From Longimicrobiales bacterium (lineage in GTDB: Bacteria; Gemmatimonadota; Gemmatimonadetes; Longimicrobiales; Gaopeijiaceae): a stretch of 64,000 nt of DNA. Within the stretch, counting starts at the first letter, position 1. Each line of letters begins with the position of its first letter. The translations under genes and the position numbers were made by a program. The notes under the pieces are model-generated. The model was not told the DNA's origin. It ran no database searches and worked only from the letters and a program-made list of their open reading frames with translations. Shown here piece by piece: positions 30,846-41,256 of this stretch. The stretch is taken from contig OZ241892.1 in assembly GCA_965203485.1 (NCBI GenBank), forward strand, positions 288,001-352,000. Reading direction: 5' to 3'.

Positions 30846-33800
30846 TCAAGGTAACCGGCCGGGAGGGCGGAGAAAGTGCTTCAGGACGGCCTCCAGCCGG
30901 TCGTGGTAGTCCCAGCCCTCGTGGAAGGTCTCGAAGATGTGGACCAGCTGGCGCTCGGTCAGGCTGTAGCAGTGGGCGACGACAGCGTCGAGTTGGTGGA
31001 TCAGGTCCTGCTTCTCGTCCTCTGCGAGCGGTCCCCAGTCCACGCCGACCGCCTTGGCCCATTCGGCGAAGCGGTCGTCCGGGCAGGCGAGGCGGCCGGC
31101 GAGTTCGACAGTGCGCTTCCAAAGGGGGTCGTTCCGACCTGGACGGGGGATAGGGAAGGGGTTGATGACGAAGTAGGTGACGCCTGTCTCGACGAACCGG
31201 CGGGCGTACCAGTCGAGGGGGATGGAGCATAAGACGCCCAGCAGAAACGCTTGGTCCTTCTCGTCGCCGCGAGGCCAAAGGAAGTAGGGTGCCTTGTGCG
31301 CGACGAACACCTTGGGCGGAAGGAGGCAGGCGATGATGGTGCGTGGGTCCGTTGCACGCGCCACGTCTCGGAAGGCGATTCTCGGCCGGTAAACGGGCAG
31401 TGTTGATTGATCCCGAAGGTGGCCTATTGAAAATTCCTTATGCGCGCTGTCGCGTCGGTTCTTCGCGGCCCTAATCCGCTTCTTCTGCAACCAATCCAGA
31501 ACGGGAGTTGGCTTGGCCCAGGCGTAGGGCGCACCCTTGTCCGGGTCCCACAAGTCGAAGGACGCGCCCTTGTACACGGGCCAGTATTCCAACTCCAACT
31601 CGAAGCTCGTCATGTGCTTCTGTGCCGTCGCGTGGAGTTCCGTGATCGGTCGGGCACGCCATCGGACGGTTTCTCGAACACCATGAATGCCTTCTGGTTC
31701 GTGGCGTCCATCTCGCGGTCGGGACGAGCGCGCCAGCCTCTTGTGTCTGTCCCCCCTCCCCCCCCCCCCCCCCCCCCCCGCCTATAATCATGTCCTCGCG
31801 TGTGTCAAGACGCGGCGCTGCGGACATTTGGGCGAACACGCTCGCCGATTCGTCGGTCGGTAGCAGGGGCAGCGATGCAACATCGTTCCATTGCTCGATG
31901 TCGTGTCGATAGAACACTAGAGGCTCCCTGGCCACACCGGCTCTGAACGCGTGTAGGTCCGGATAAGGCCCGCTCATGCGCAACCGAGATTCTCCTTCAT
32001 CTCCACGTCGGGCTATTGCCACGAGCACAATCGTCCACTGGGGCGTGACACTCTCGAATACCCAGCCCGCACGGTTCTTGAGGGCGACCGCGTCCATAGT
32101 GCTCGCCTCGCCAAACACGGCCTTTCGAAACTCCTGCGATCCCTTGGCTTGCAACGCGCTCCTCGGCAACACGACGCCGATTCTTCCGTCATCCTCGGCT
32201 GTCAGTCGCCAGAATCGCCAGCAGAACGCCTTGTACACGTCGGCGTCGCCGGTTCCCATGCCGGGGAAGTCGCCTCCCAGCAGTGCCCTTCGCACGTCGG
32301 CGTTCTCCTTGACCTCGGCGTCCAATGCGGCGACCAAGTCGGGGCGTTCCCGGCGGAACCGCGCCTTCTCGGCCTCCTGGTCGCGCTGGGACATGCCGCG
32401 CAACCCGGGGAAATGTCGAGCCCAGAACCCATGTTCCTCCACCTTCGGCTTCTTCCACGGCGGATTGCCCAAAATCACGTCGAAGCCGGAGCGGTCGCGC
32501 AAGAAGACTTCCGGAAACGCCACCGGGAAATGCAACGCGACGAGGTCGGCCAGCTCTTGCGCCGCCACGGCCGCTTCGGGCACCGCTTCCAGGTTCTCGA
32601 TGCGATCCTCCAAGTCCTGGAACTGAAATCCCGTGATCATCTTCCTGTCCGAGATGGGCTGGGCGGTGATCAGGTCGCACAGCGCCTTGGCGGCCGCTAC
32701 CGCTTCGTTGGCCTCCTGCTGCGCCTCCCGTGCCTGGCGAACTTCGGCCACCGTGGCGTCGTTCAGGTTGGCGAGCCGGCGCAACGGCTTGGCGGCCTTG
32801 CCGAGCAACGACTCGGCGTCGCATGGAAACAGCGGAGTGTTTGTGGCGTCGAGCTTGGCCTTGATCTCGCCCACCGTTCCAATGCCGACGAGCGAGTTGC
32901 CGCGAACCAAATTGCGGTCGAGAAACGAGAGCGGGAGACCGGGCACGAACGTGTGAATCCAGACGGCCAAGCGCGCCAGCTGGACGGAAATGTTGTTCAG
33001 GTCCACGCCGTAAACGCACCGCCGGGCGATCAGGCGGCGCAACAGCTGGCCGTCTTCAATCAGTGACGCGCCCACCGCATCGTCGTCGTCCAATGCTGTT
33101 CGAGCGGCTTGGCGAAGCCCAGCCAGTTCGTTGCGCACGCCCGGCAGATCGCGACCGACTAGGAAGTCGGCCATGCCCTTCTCGATGCGGTCGATGGCAC
33201 CGACCAGGAAATGGCCCGATCCCATGGCGATGTCGGCGACCCGGAAGTCGAAGAAGCTCTCGGCGGCGGTGGCGTCGTCCATGGCGTCCAAGCGTCGGAA
33301 GTGGTCCTTCAGCGCGGGCGCCAGCGCCTTGTCCAGCAAGTGCTCCACGGCGAAGGACTTCGTGTAGTAGCTGCCCGTGAACTTGCGAACGCCGGAACGG
33401 TTGTGGAGGTAGGTCTCTCCCCTCTTGACAACGACTCGCGCATTCGGCTTGGCGGGCATGTAGGTGCCCTTGGCGTCCACCGTCAAGTCCGCGGTTGCAA
33501 CGGCCAGCTCGGATTCCAGCAAGCCCTCGTAAATCGTGCCGAACTCGCGCACGCCCAGAGATCTGAAGTCCACCGGACCTAGTCCGCCTTCGTGCGTCTC
33601 GATGATCAGGAGGTGACGCAAGGCGGGCTCGAAGGACTCGTTGGACAGCGAGACGCTGGCGAGTTCCGCGCCCACATCCGACACTTCGGGATCATTGGCG
33701 AAGAGTGCGCCGTCGTATTCGGGCACACCCCACTCGGGATTGCCGGCGGCCACTGCTTCGCACAAGCGGGCCACTTCCTGCCAATGAGCGTGGCCCGGAG

Positions 33801-35016
33801 CCACGGGCGTGTTGTCCCGCGCTTGCTTGGCCAGCTCCTGCGCCTTCTGCTTGAGCGACCGGCGACGGTAGGCGTCGTTGGTTCGATAGGGAAGCAGGTC
33901 GCAATCCTCCGCGTACGCGATGAAGAGAAGGCGAAACAGCACCGTCAGAGCCATGTCGTAGGTACGGGCCAGCTCCTGCGCCGTCGTGGAGCCGAGCGGC
34001 CTTGCGTCAGCGATGCCCCGGGCGAGCTTGGGCACCACTTGGTCGTAGATGCGTTCGCGCAACCGCTCGGCCAAGTCGCCGGCGAAGCGCCGAGACTCGT
34101 CGAGGATTTGGTCCAAGCTGCCGTTTGGCGCCAGCGCGTCGGCCGAGAAGATCAGCCACAAGTACGCCAAGTCGGAGTCGGCCAACAGCGGCGCTTGGCA
34201 CTCCACGTAGGTTTCGGTGCGGCCGCGCCTGCCGACGCCGCGGTCGGTGGCCGTCGAGTAGAGGCGCAAGCGGTTGCCTTGGACCATCACCACCCAGGAC
34301 AGGTCTTCGTCGTCGGCCTTCTTGAGCGCGTAGGTGACCGGCGACAGGCTGTTGAAGCGCGGATTGCCGGCCTCGGCCGATTCACGATCGCGCAAGAGGA
34401 CGGCCAAGGCCGTGCGTCGTCGGCCGTCGTCGCCGCTCGTAAGGAGGTGCGTCAGGTTGTCCAGCGGGACGACGTGGAAGCCCAGCGCGCCCAGCAGGCC
34501 GTGCGCGTGTGCGCCGACCGCCTTCTTGGCCTTCTTGCCGGCGGCGGCCCAGTCGGTTCGGTTGCGAACGCCGTGACGCAGGTTGTGGAGGGCCAGCAGG
34601 CCCTCGTTGTGGATGCCCGGCAGATCCGTCTCCAGCGACGGCAGGGCTTGCGAGAGGAAGCGCAGAGCCGAGTGACGGTCGGGTTGTGCCAGAGCTTCGC
34701 GGCAAATCCGCTCGACCCGTTCGGCGTCCAAGCGAAGTCGGACGGCGGGCTTCTCGCCGGACGGGCCGCAGAGGGCGGCGCCCTCGGGGTGAAGAACCAC
34801 CAGGAGCACGGGCGCGGCACGTCCCGCACGCCGGATCTTGTGAGCACCGGCGACGGCTGATCGGGACGGGATGGTGGGTGTGCGGGCGACCACCACTTCC
34901 AAGCCGTGGTCGCCCGGCCCGACGAATAGGCCGCCGAATCGAGAGCCGAGACGCGGGTCCGGCGACCAGGGACGCCGGACGAATTCAGGGAGGAAGTCCA
35001 AGGATGAGGCGTTCAC
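30846..35016 (-). CDS. Large N6-adenine DNA methyltransferase (Eco57I/type IIL-like), frameshifted at poly-G tract
   Basis: GSYYT, DIAMGSGHFL, GVDLN, ILGNPPW. The C-terminal part (ORF 30846-31613: AFRDVARATDPRT) joins in frame if the G22 tract loses one G. GTG start inferred. Confidence 0.85.
31751..31779. repeat. Homopolymer C6-T-C22 (G22-A-G6 on coding strand)
   Basis: Direct reading. Confidence 0.9.
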
Positions 35017-35042
35017 GGTGCCATCATCCGGTCTCTTCTGAA

Positions 35043-35693
35043 TTATTGTTGACAAGCCCCATCTCCTTCTTGGCCCATGAGGAGCAGCTGGCCGTCGTCC
35101 CGCCGCCGCGTCACGCCGATGAACGCGTTCAGCTTGGACGCGCTCGGAAACACCCACTTGCCGAGCCCCCACGATCCGCCCGCGTCTTGTCCCTTGGGCG
35201 AGATGCCGACGCTTCTGAACAAGCCCCAGAAGTGGTTGTTCTTGGCCCGCGGGTCGTTGGCGCGGACATCGCCTCGCAAGCCTATTGTGCCGAAGTCCTC
35301 CACGATCAGAAACGGCATGGCGCGGTCGAACAGCGACTTGCGCTCCTCAAGATCGCTATTGTCTCCGCGCGCGGTGCGCTGGGCATCCACCACTGCGCAG
35401 AGGTGCGGCTTCAGGCCCGTCAAGTAGCACGTTGCCCGACTGGGTTCCAGCGCGTCGTCCGAGCCGCTGATCACAAAGCGGACCCGCACGGGTCCGTCCC
35501 CAGCTCTGGCGTCCAGCGAATTCTGAATCGACTCCCTGACGAAGCGCTTGGGCAGGTCGGGACTGAAGAACTCGCCTTGCACGGGGTTCTCGTTGATCTC
35601 CGACGGCGACATGACGCGGAAGCGCCAATGGGGCGCGCGCTGGGCCTCGGACGGCTTACGACGATCGAGAGGCGCCCGGGACTGAGGCATCAT
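35043..35693 (-). pseudogene. Truncated GHKL (HATPase-like) protein, N-terminal domain only
   Basis: RESIQNSLDA, IVEDFGTIGL, GGSWGLGK; ends abruptly after LLLMGQ. Confidence 0.6.
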
Positions 35694-35793
35694 GTATCGG
35701 CGGTCGCGCATTCGGTCTTGTCTCCCATGCATTCGGCCGTTGGCAAGCGAGAGACGACCGGGTTCCACGGGCCGCATCTTCCCGGCGGCAAGA

Positions 35794-37377
35794 TCACATC
35801 CCCCAAACGGCAATCTCTGCGCCCGTCCGGGTGCTTCGCCGCTCGCGGAACACCTTGTCGTCCCAGTTGCGATCCTCGCTCCGGTCGAAGACGACCAAAT
35901 GGCCCCCCTCCGCACCGTAGCGGTCCATGTAGGCCGCCGTCTGCTCTACACCGTCGGCCACCGTGCGCTCCAAGCCCCGTCTCTCGTGGTGGACCTTGCA
36001 CTCCACCACGTACTTGCGCACCCGCTCGCCCTGCGGCCACGCGACCAGCACGTCGGTGCGCCCGCCGCCCAGCGCGTACTCGCGGTCGATCCGCCCGCCG
36101 CTGTTGACGACCCGCTGCAGGAACGCCTGCAAGAGCAACTGCGGTCCCGCCTCCCTGAACCCGTAGCGTTCCGTCCAGTGCTCGGAGTTCTCGCGGTAGA
36201 ACTCCTGGAACGCTCCCAACAACTTGTCCAAGCGCAGAGCGCCATCGGCGTCCACGTACCAAGCCGGGTCGTGCGGCAGATCGTCTTGGGCAAGCCACGT
36301 CAGCTCCCTGGGGACGACTTCGGCGTAGATCGGGTTCGCCATGCGGATCGGGGGATCGCGGGCGATCAGCCCCAGGTCCCGGACGTACTCCACGTCGCGC
36401 GCGGTGTAGCTGGACTCGGGGGCGCCGGCGAGGATCGGCTCGACCACTCGCCACACCCGGTCCTCCTGAAGCTTGTCCGTCAGCTGGTCCAGGTGAGTGT
36501 CGCGGCGCCGGATCAGCGCTTCGCGGGCGTCCATCACGTCGTCCTCGGCCACCGGCCGCGACCGGTCCGCCGCCAAGTCGCCGCGGAAGCAGGTCTCGTA
36601 GGCGAGCGCGTTGACCAGCCAGGGCTGGCCCTGGGTCTGCGTCCAAACCGCCTCCAGCGCGCCGTCGGCGAACGGTTGCCCCGTCTCGTCGGTGTGCTGA
36701 CCAAGGAGCTCGTGCACCTCGTCCCGAGAAAAGTCGCCCAGGCGCAGCGACTCCGCCTTGACGTTGAACGCGCTGCCGCCGGCCACCATGGTATTGGCGG
36801 AGGCAGAATGAATGCGGTAGTCCCGCACGTCCCGCACGCCGCACAGGACCACGCTCTGCGGGAAGCCTTGGGGACGCATGTCGTAGCCGGCCCGCAACTG
36901 CCGCAGCACGGCCAGCAGCGAGTCGCCCACCAGCGCGTCGATCTCGTCGATCAGCAGCACCAGCGGATCCGGCGCGGCGCGGGCCCAGCGGCCGAGCGCG
37001 TCGCGCAGGGCGCTGTGGCCGCCCGCCTTGGCCAGAACGGCCGGCCATGCCTCTTCCAGGTAGTCGTCCCCAAGCGTGTCCCGCGCCCGTCCGGCCAGCT
37101 CGTTGAGCACTGTGCGGATCGCTGCTTCGACGTCTTCGCGCGCCGTCTGCGCCCCCTCCACGTTGACGTATACGCAACGGCAACCGCCCTCCGCGTTCAG
37201 CAGGTCCTTGAGCGCGAGGAGAGCGGACGTCTTGCCTGTCTGCCGGGGCGCGTGAAGCACAAAGTACTGCTTGCGGTCGATCAGTTGCCGGAGTTCGGCG
37301 AGACCGAGCCTGGCCAGCGGCGGAATGCGGTAGTGGTCCTCCGCCACCACGGGGCCGGACGTGTTGAAGCGGCGCAT
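35794..37377 (-). CDS. AAA-family ATPase with PD-(D/E)XK-like C-terminus (paralogue of 9932-11542)
   Basis: MRRFNTSGP, HAPRQTGKTS, LLIDEID, VVECK. Confidence 0.85.
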   Translation of the reverse strand: MRRFNTSGPVVAEDHYRIPPLARLGLAELRQLIDRKQYFVLHAPRQTGKTSALLALKDLLNAEGGCRCVYVNVEGAQTAREDVEAAIRTVLNELAGRARDTLGDDYLEEAWPAVLAKAGGHSALRDALGRWARAAPDPLVLLIDEIDALVGDSLLAVLRQLRAGYDMRPQGFPQSVVLCGVRDVRDYRIHSASANTMVAGGSAFNVKAESLRLGDFSRDEVHELLGQHTDETGQPFADGALEAVWTQTQGQPWLVNALAYETCFRGDLAADRSRPVAEDDVMDAREALIRRRDTHLDQLTDKLQEDRVWRVVEPILAGAPESSYTARDVEYVRDLGLIARDPPIRMANPIYAEVVPRELTWLAQDDLPHDPAWYVDADGALRLDKLLGAFQEFYRENSEHWTERYGFREAGPQLLLQAFLQRVVNSGGRIDREYALGGGRTDVLVAWPQGERVRKYVVECKVHHERRGLERTVADGVEQTAAYMDRYGAEGGHLVVFDRSEDRNWDDKVFRERRSTRTGAEIAVWGM

Positions 37378-37446
37378 TCCCAACGATAACCCAGCGGCCC
37401 TGCTCGGCCCCGCTTCTGCTGGCGCTGGCGACGATCGAGGGAGGCG

Positions 37447-38736
37447 CTAGGCCGGGGCTCCGTTGCTCGCGCCCGCGCAGTGCGCTTGGTGGGCGGGCAG
37501 AACGACCGTGAAGTAAGTGCGCCCCTCGTCGAACTCGAAGCGGGGCGGGGGCGAGCCGTTGCGGGCCATGGCCTCGTGGATCTTGTCGAGGCCGGTCAGG
37601 CGGGCTTCCGCCAGCTCCAGGTCCTTCAGGAACTCGCCGACGCGCCGGTTGCGGGCGGGGATGTTTGGCTTGGGCGCTCCTGGCTCGAAGTGCTCCGGCT
37701 CGATGCCCGGCAACGGGCCCGGATAGCTGGTGACCGTCATGCGTTCGGGGTAGACGTAGACCTTGACGGGTTCCGGCGCATCGGCCTCGTAGCTGCGGTG
37801 GTAGACGGCGTTGACGAGGGCCTCGCGAACCGCCGCGGCCGGCCAGCGGGCGGTGCGCCCGGCGTAGGGCGTGTCGGCGCGCTTTTCCACGCGAACGTCC
37901 GACAGGCTCTCCAGGTGCGCGAGGCAGCGCCGCACTTGGTCGGCCAAGCCGCCGCGAAAGACGGTTTCGGCCAACGTGTCGCCGGCCGGGCCGTCGGGGA
38001 AGTGGGCCAGCTCGGTCGTCGCGCCGCGAAACCATCGCGAGGGGTCGTTCGAGAAGAAGAGAATTCCCACGTTGCGGGGCGTGTCGTGGTCGTTCGCGCG
38101 GGCGGCGATGCGCATTCGGCGGAAGATTTCGCGCGGGTCGGCCAGCTCTCGCAAGCCGCTCCCCACGTCCCGGAGGAACTCGCGCACCAGGGCTTCGCGG
38201 AGATCGTCCATGCTGGCGCCGAGCGCGCGGCGGTCGTCCCAGGGCGTTCTCGCGGTTTGGCGCATCAGGGCCGGCAGAAGACCGTTGGCCGCGGCGTCCA
38301 CCGTCTCGGCGCCCAGGCGAATCCAGAACTTCCGCCCGCGCTTTCGTCCGGCGGGCGCGCTGTGCGGCCGCGTCTCGCTCGCCGGCGCCCAAATCACGAG
38401 CACGTTGCGCCCGTCGGCCGTCTCGGGCGACACCACGGGCTGGTAGGCCGGGTCGATTCGGTTGCAGGCGCCTCGAATCCACTTGGCCGCCGCTTGCATC
38501 TCGCAGTCCGAGAGGCCGCGCGGGGGCAGCACGGCGCGTCCGCCCTGCTCGGCCACGCCCAGCACGAGGTAGCCGCCGTTCAGGTGAAGATGGTCGTTCG
38601 CAAAGGCGCAGATGGTGGCCAGCGCTTGCAGGCCCGTCGTCTCCGGGTCCCACCGCGCCTTCAGCTCGAGGCGGGCCGACTCGGTCCGGCGTCCGCCCAG
38701 CAGAGCGTGCAAGTTGGTGGGGAGAAGCGCGCTCAC
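37447..38736 (-). CDS. Schlafen/AlbA_2 + HATPase_c_4 domain protein
   Basis: ESARLELK..W, TICAFAN..GGYLVLGV, REALVNAVYHRSY, RNRRVGEFLKDL. Confidence 0.85.
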   Translation of the reverse strand: MSALLPTNLHALLGGRRTESARLELKARWDPETTGLQALATICAFANDHLHLNGGYLVLGVAEQGGRAVLPPRGLSDCEMQAAAKWIRGACNRIDPAYQPVVSPETADGRNVLVIWAPASETRPHSAPAGRKRGRKFWIRLGAETVDAAANGLLPALMRQTARTPWDDRRALGASMDDLREALVREFLRDVGSGLRELADPREIFRRMRIAARANDHDTPRNVGILFFSNDPSRWFRGATTELAHFPDGPAGDTLAETVFRGGLADQVRRCLAHLESLSDVRVEKRADTPYAGRTARWPAAAVREALVNAVYHRSYEADAPEPVKVYVYPERMTVTSYPGPLPGIEPEHFEPGAPKPNIPARNRRVGEFLKDLELAEARLTGLDKIHEAMARNGSPPPRFEFDEGRTYFTVVLPAHQAHCAGASNGAPA

Positions 38737-38950
38737 TTCGGCCGGCCGGCCCGGGCCACCTGGGCGGAACCGGTTGCCATGGCGGCCGGCCGCACGGCGC
38801 CGACGAGCAACACGGCGCCCAAGCTGGCGGCGAGCGGACGAAGTCCTGCTTCTCGGGGCATCTCGGGAGCCTTTGGTGCGCCACGGGCGGCGGGCCGGGG
38901 GTGGACGCGGCCTTCGGACGGACTGAACGGGGCGGCGGGACCCCCGAACG

Positions 38951-39961
38951 CTACTGCTCCGGATTGCCCGTTGCCAGACCGGCCAGCCGGCGCGCGATGT
39001 CGCGGACCCGGCGCCGCAAGTCCTCCGGCCCTTCCACGACGGCTTCTCCTCCGTAGCGAAGCACGTGGCGGGCCAGCCAATCGGGGTCTGCGACGCTGTG
39101 GCACACGGTTACGCTGCCGTCGCCGTTGTCTTCCATGGAAATGCTGCGGTACGACGCCCTCTCTCTGATCCAGCGACCGACGCGGGGCGAATAGCGCACG
39201 TAGGCCCGGCGGCTCACCGACGCGAAGAGCAGCTCGTCGAGCCCGCCGTCCAGGTATGGGCCGGGGTCGAAGTCGCTCGGGATGTCGAACGTCCCCTCGT
39301 CCAGCGACGCGTGAAGAATCCTGTCCATCCTGAAGATTCGCATGCCTTGCGATACGACGCAGTGGCCGACGACGTACCAAGTCTCGTCCGAGAAGACGAC
39401 CAGGTAAGGATGGACGACGCGGCGCGACTCCTCGCCGGCGGCCAGCTTCAGATAGCCCATGACGCATGGACGGCGAGCGTAGGCGGCGGCCACGACCGTC
39501 CTGTGCACCTCCGTGCGGCCCATGCGACGGTCGGAGAGCGTCAGGCCCGGAGCCGAGCCCAGAGCCTCGCCGGGGTCCCGGCCGCCGGCAACGAGAGACG
39601 GGCCGAGGCGAAGCAGGTCCTCCGCGTCCGGCGCCCGCGATCCTTGGGCGGGCTCGCCCCGCAAGGCCAGCGCGAGGCAAAGGTGTTCGTGCCCCGATAG
39701 GCGAAGGGGGCGGTCCAGAAAGCTGGTGTGCTCTACCCGGACGCGGTCGTTGTCGAGGAACACGAGAATGTCTCCCGGCCAGCCGCCGGGCCGGTAGTCT
39801 CCTCTCGTGGTGAGTTCCCGGAGGTCGTCGAGGACGCCCGCTTCGCAGGTCCCGAGGTTGCGGGCCAACGACGCGACCTCCGCGCCGCCCTCCCGGCTTG
39901 CCGCCGCGATGATGTGCGCCAGCCGCTCGAAGCGGGTGCGGGCGGAGGCGGCCTCAGCCAC
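38951..39961 (-). CDS. pafC: PafC-like WYL-domain transcriptional regulator
   Basis: HTH, LDRPLRLS..E...L, RVVHPY...WYVVGHC...RIFRMDRI, WCX (LRYGGEAVVEGP). Confidence 0.8.
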   Translation of the reverse strand: MAEAASARTRFERLAHIIAAASREGGAEVASLARNLGTCEAGVLDDLRELTTRGDYRPGGWPGDILVFLDNDRVRVEHTSFLDRPLRLSGHEHLCLALALRGEPAQGSRAPDAEDLLRLGPSLVAGGRDPGEALGSAPGLTLSDRRMGRTEVHRTVVAAAYARRPCVMGYLKLAAGEESRRVVHPYLVVFSDETWYVVGHCVVSQGMRIFRMDRILHASLDEGTFDIPSDFDPGPYLDGGLDELLFASVSRRAYVRYSPRVGRWIRERASYRSISMEDNGDGSVTVCHSVADPDWLARHVLRYGGEAVVEGPEDLRRRVRDIARRLAGLATGNPEQ

Positions 39962-41066
39962 TGCGGGAAGCGGAAGTTCCGCCGTGAGCTTCGGCGACGG
40001 CGGCGGCCATCTCTTGGAAGCGCCGCCGAAAGGGACCGGGCTTCTCGATTCGGGCCTGTCCCGCGAGACCCAGCGTCCAGCGCGCGAGCCGGTCGCGGTC
40101 CCGCACGCGAAACCGGCGCAGCGAAGAGCCGTCGTCGCGCTCCAGCACGAGTTCGCCGTGGCCGTTGCGGTCCGCCCACTCGGAGCACGGGAAGTCGAAG
40201 TGCACGATCGCTTCTTCTTCGGCCGCCTCGGGTCCCATCTCCCAGACCTGCCTGTTCGCGTAGCCGCTCAGGTCGAAGTCGGCGGGAAGCTCGAAGTCGG
40301 GCGCACCGGGCGATTTCTGGTTGGCGCGCACGGTGCTCATTCGGCCGACGCGAAACACGCGCACGTCGTCGCGGACTTCGTCGTGTCCCACCAAGTACCA
40401 ACGTCCGAGCTCGAAGAGGAGCCCGTAGGGCCGAACCCGCCGCTCGATCTCGCCGGCGCGCGTCATCGCCTTGTAGCTGAAGGACAGCTTCTTCTTGCGC
40501 GAAACCGCGTCGAAGAGACGAGCGAGCGCCCTCGATGCGCGTTCGGCTTCGGCCGATGCCGCATACCGCACCGGAGAGTCGCCCGATCCGCCGGGCATGA
40601 GGTCGAACGACAGCTTCCGAAAGGCCGACTCCGCATGGCTGGCCAGGGGAAAGCCGGGCAACGTCGCGAGTTCGCGAAGCCCGCCCAAGGCCTGGAACGC
40701 CTCGTCGGGCGACACCACGGCGGTTCCGGGCGCTCTGCAGGCCGGGTGGCCCCGCGGCTTGGGCCCGCGCTTGGCGACTCGCAGCCGGGGCAGGTAGAAG
40801 TCGCGGGCCAGCCGATAGCCGGCCGCGTCGCTCGATTCGCCGCGAACGGGACCGACGACCGTTTCGATGGCTATCCCCATGGCCCGCAACTCGTCCTTGT
40901 CCCGCTCGAACATGCGGCTCGCCGCGGCCCTTTCTTGCGGCGCTCCGTTCAGTCCACGCGAGTAGGCCGGGAGTTCCCGCCAAAGAACTTCCTTGCTCAC
41001 CGGAAATCTCCGGGAGGCGAGGAAGGCCACGAGATCGATCCAGCGCTGAAGCTTGGTTGGTTCCAT
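39954..41066 (-). CDS. pafB: PafB-like WYL-domain transcriptional regulator
   Basis: KLQRWIDLV, RMFERDKDELRAMGI, GRWYLVGHD..RDDVRVFRVGR. Confidence 0.85.
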   Translation of the reverse strand: MEPTKLQRWIDLVAFLASRRFPVSKEVLWRELPAYSRGLNGAPQERAAASRMFERDKDELRAMGIAIETVVGPVRGESSDAAGYRLARDFYLPRLRVAKRGPKPRGHPACRAPGTAVVSPDEAFQALGGLRELATLPGFPLASHAESAFRKLSFDLMPGGSGDSPVRYAASAEAERASRALARLFDAVSRKKKLSFSYKAMTRAGEIERRVRPYGLLFELGRWYLVGHDEVRDDVRVFRVGRMSTVRANQKSPGAPDFELPADFDLSGYANRQVWEMGPEAAEEEAIVHFDFPCSEWADRNGHGELVLERDDGSSLRRFRVRDRDRLARWTLGLAGQARIEKPGPFRRRFQEMAAAVAEAHGGTSASRSG

Positions 41067-41133
41067 GTGGGCGGTGCGTCTCGCGGAGGTGGTGCGCCTC
41101 CGGGCAAAGCCATTGCAGGCAGGGCAACCTTCA

Positions 41134-41155
41134 AAGATAAGGACCGCCTGTGACA
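41134..41155 (-). promoter_or_regulatory. PafBC/RecA-NDp-type promoter facing pafB-pafC
   Basis: TGTCA-cag-8nt(gcggtcct)-TATCTT. Confidence 0.6.
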
Positions 41156-41170
41156 CCCGTCCGGCGGACG

Positions 41171-41256
41171 CGGCCTCACGCAGGAGGAGGCGGGCCGGCG
41201 CCCGTGCAGCTCCCGGACGCAACTCGAGAACACGGCCTCACGCGGGAGGAGGCGGG
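41171..41256. repeat. 24-bp direct repeat x2 (cggcctcacgc[a/g]ggaggaggcggg), 62-bp period
   Basis: Copies at 41171-41194 and 41233-41256. Confidence 0.8.

Noticed and set aside
35030..35056. Third PafBC-type promoter (TTGTCA) before the methylase
   Set aside because: No TAnnnT at the required spacing
38733..38950. Short signal-peptide-like ORF between pafC and the AlbA_2 gene
   Set aside because: Too short and no recognisable homology; possibly a remnant
41171..41256. CRISPR array call
   Set aside because: Only two repeats and no cas genes in the window
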